A stretch of DNA of 47,388 nt from Gammaproteobacteria bacterium (GTDB taxonomy: Bacteria > Pseudomonadota > Gammaproteobacteria > Pseudomonadales > Azotimanducaceae). Position numbers and translations under genes: made by a program. The stretch covers positions 17,617 through 65,004 of the forward strand of contig PAMR01000034.1 of NCBI GenBank assembly GCA_002708205.1, read 5' to 3'. The notes beneath the pieces are model-generated. The model saw only the letters and a program-made list of their open reading frames with translations, was not told the DNA's origin and did no database searches. Within the stretch, counting starts at the first letter, position 1; each line of letters opens with the position of its first letter. Positions 46,216-47,388 of this stretch are shown one piece after another.

Positions 46216-47388
46216 TTATTGAGTGGGAGATTGTTCCGAATAGAATCTCTTGTGGGCACTGGAAAAAAAAGTGGAAACCAGGGCAGCGCGGTTTAGATCT
46301 GGCACAGTCGGTAGGAGGCGTTCGTCTTGGTAAATCCACTCGGAAATACCCCCTCCGTACAATAGGACTGTAAGACGATCGTTTTCGAATAACCCGACGT
46401 GATAATCGTGCTCAACAGGTACAAAATTATCATCCGAAACAAACAAGTTGCTTCCATAGAAATTTTCTGTATCGATTATATCTAACAATCCAAGAATGGT
46501 TTTAGGTACGCTCATCAGTGAGCCTGCGTGAGAGACAATCTTAGGCGGTAGTTTGTTCGGAGCTAAAAACAATAATGGCACTCGGTAATAATCCATAGGT
46601 ATGTCTGCGCTTCCCCCGATTCTTGGCGCATGATCTGCTGCTATTACGAACAATGTATCGTTGAACCATTCCGTTTTTTTCGCTTTTTCATAAAACTCTC
46701 CTAGTGCCCAGTCAGCGTAAGCCATAGCGTATTCCGCTTTTCTTTCGTTAGAAGGAAATTGAATTCGGTTCGGAGGAAAGTCATACGGACGGTGAAAACT
46801 CACGGTCAATGTCGTCAAAAAAATATGTTCGTGAACGGCCGTTAGAGTATCCATCTCGGTTAATATTTTGGAGAAAAGATATTCATCTGCAACACCCCAG
46901 CTTGTTTGGAAAGTCTCTTCTTCAAAATCATTTCGATTTCGTTGTTCTACGAATCCGCTTTCTTTCCAGTATTCTTGAAAATTTGAGAAATTGGGCCAGC
47001 CACCATATATGAAAATGGGAAGAAATTCGGATTGATGTAGCACCCGGGCGAGGGAAGGTAACTTTTGAAAACCTGATCGCTGATTCACCGCTATACCTGG
47101 CAGAGGAGGATACCCGTTCAGAATGGCCTCGAGACCTCGAGTAGTCCTACTTCCAGTAGCATAGATGTTATCGAACAGTACTCCTTCTTCGGCTAAGGCG
47201 GACATTTGGGGTAAATACTTTTTTCGTAATTCTTTTTGATTCCAGATCGAGCCGGCGAAAGATTCTTCAATAATCAATATGACATGTTTAACGTCTAATT
47301 TTGGACCTGATTTTTTTTCCGTATATAGTTTGAGTTGATTGGACAGATCGTCGTAGTTTTTATTCCATTGTGTCTCGTCCACTCGGGC
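46216..47388 (-). CDS. Sulfatase/alkaline-phosphatase superfamily protein (LtaS / phosphoglycerol-transferase-like catalytic domain), 5-prime end outside the window
   Basis: IIEESFAGS, YATGSRTTRGLEAILNG, FVIAADHAPR. The reading frame stays open to the window edge, so the N-terminal (probably membrane) part is missing. Confidence 0.8.
   Translation of the reverse strand, partial: ARVDETQWNKNYDDLSNQLKLYTEKKSGPKLDVKHVILIIEESFAGSIWNQKELRKKYLPQMSALAEEGVLFDNIYATGSRTTRGLEAILNGYPPLPGIAVNQRSGFQKLPSLARVLHQSEFLPIFIYGGWPNFSNFQEYWKESGFVEQRNRNDFEEETFQTSWGVADEYLFSKILTEMDTLTAVHEHIFLTTLTVSFHRPYDFPPNRIQFPSNERKAEYAMAYADWALGEFYEKAKKTEWFNDTLFVIAADHAPRIGGSADIPMDYYRVPLLFLAPNKLPPKIVSHAGSLMSVPKTILGLLDIIDTENFYGSNLFVSDDNFVPVEHDYHVGLFENDRLTVLLYGGGISEWIYQDERLLPTVPDLNRAALVSTFFSSAHKRFYSEQSPTQ

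Noticed and set aside
1-47388. CRISPR arrays, tandem repeats, IS elements, toxin-antitoxin pairs or known defence systems
   Set aside because: Reading the intergenic regions and the ORF track showed no repeat-spacer periodicity, transposase or integrase motifs, or characteristic defence-gene domains. A systematic repeat search was not possible by eye, so short dispersed repeats could have been missed.

Overview
This is a 47.4-kb, gene-dense chromosomal segment with about 45 protein-coding genes and one tRNA. I found no rRNA, CRISPR array, transposase, integrase, phage module or recognisable defence system. All family calls come from reading motifs in the supplied translations and the DNA by eye; no database search was run. 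The gene content (YejF-type ABC ATPase, RND efflux pair, RibBX-type ribB, Bcp, an E. coli-type LexA box) suggests a proteobacterium, probably a gammaproteobacterium. That placement is inference only. The window is dominated by orphan catabolic enzymes arranged in short, often translationally coupled operons. These include (i) a lactonase / MFS / PhyH dioxygenase / two CoA-transferase operon with a second PhyH gene and an Ldh_2 oxidoreductase alongside, and (ii) an RND efflux pair. Next come (iii) a secreted M20D amidohydrolase with an IorAB-type molybdenum hydroxylase, and (iv) a MaoC / CitE / crotonase / acyl-CoA dehydrogenase / CoA-transferase module resembling itaconate or mesaconate-type C5-dicarboxylate catabolism. 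The rest are (v) a D-aminoacylase plus an amidohydrolase_2 protein, and (vi) a PdxA-like / Zn-ADH / FAH / M20 / SDR gene string. No classical transcription factor is recognisable anywhere in the window. The most unusual signal is a perfect 20/20 LexA (SOS) box at 36865-36884. It abuts the start codon of an orphan 80-aa, highly basic CxxC...CxxC protein and also overlaps the likely promoter of the divergent metabolic operon. Other points worth a second look: a coupled CoA-transferase pair in which the first copy lacks the catalytic Asp; a 496-aa CoA-transferase with apparently permuted domain order; a tRNA-Arg with anticodon UCG; and a 346-aa protein of unknown function. I cannot show that any of these is a new biological system. 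The SOS-box locus is the best candidate.
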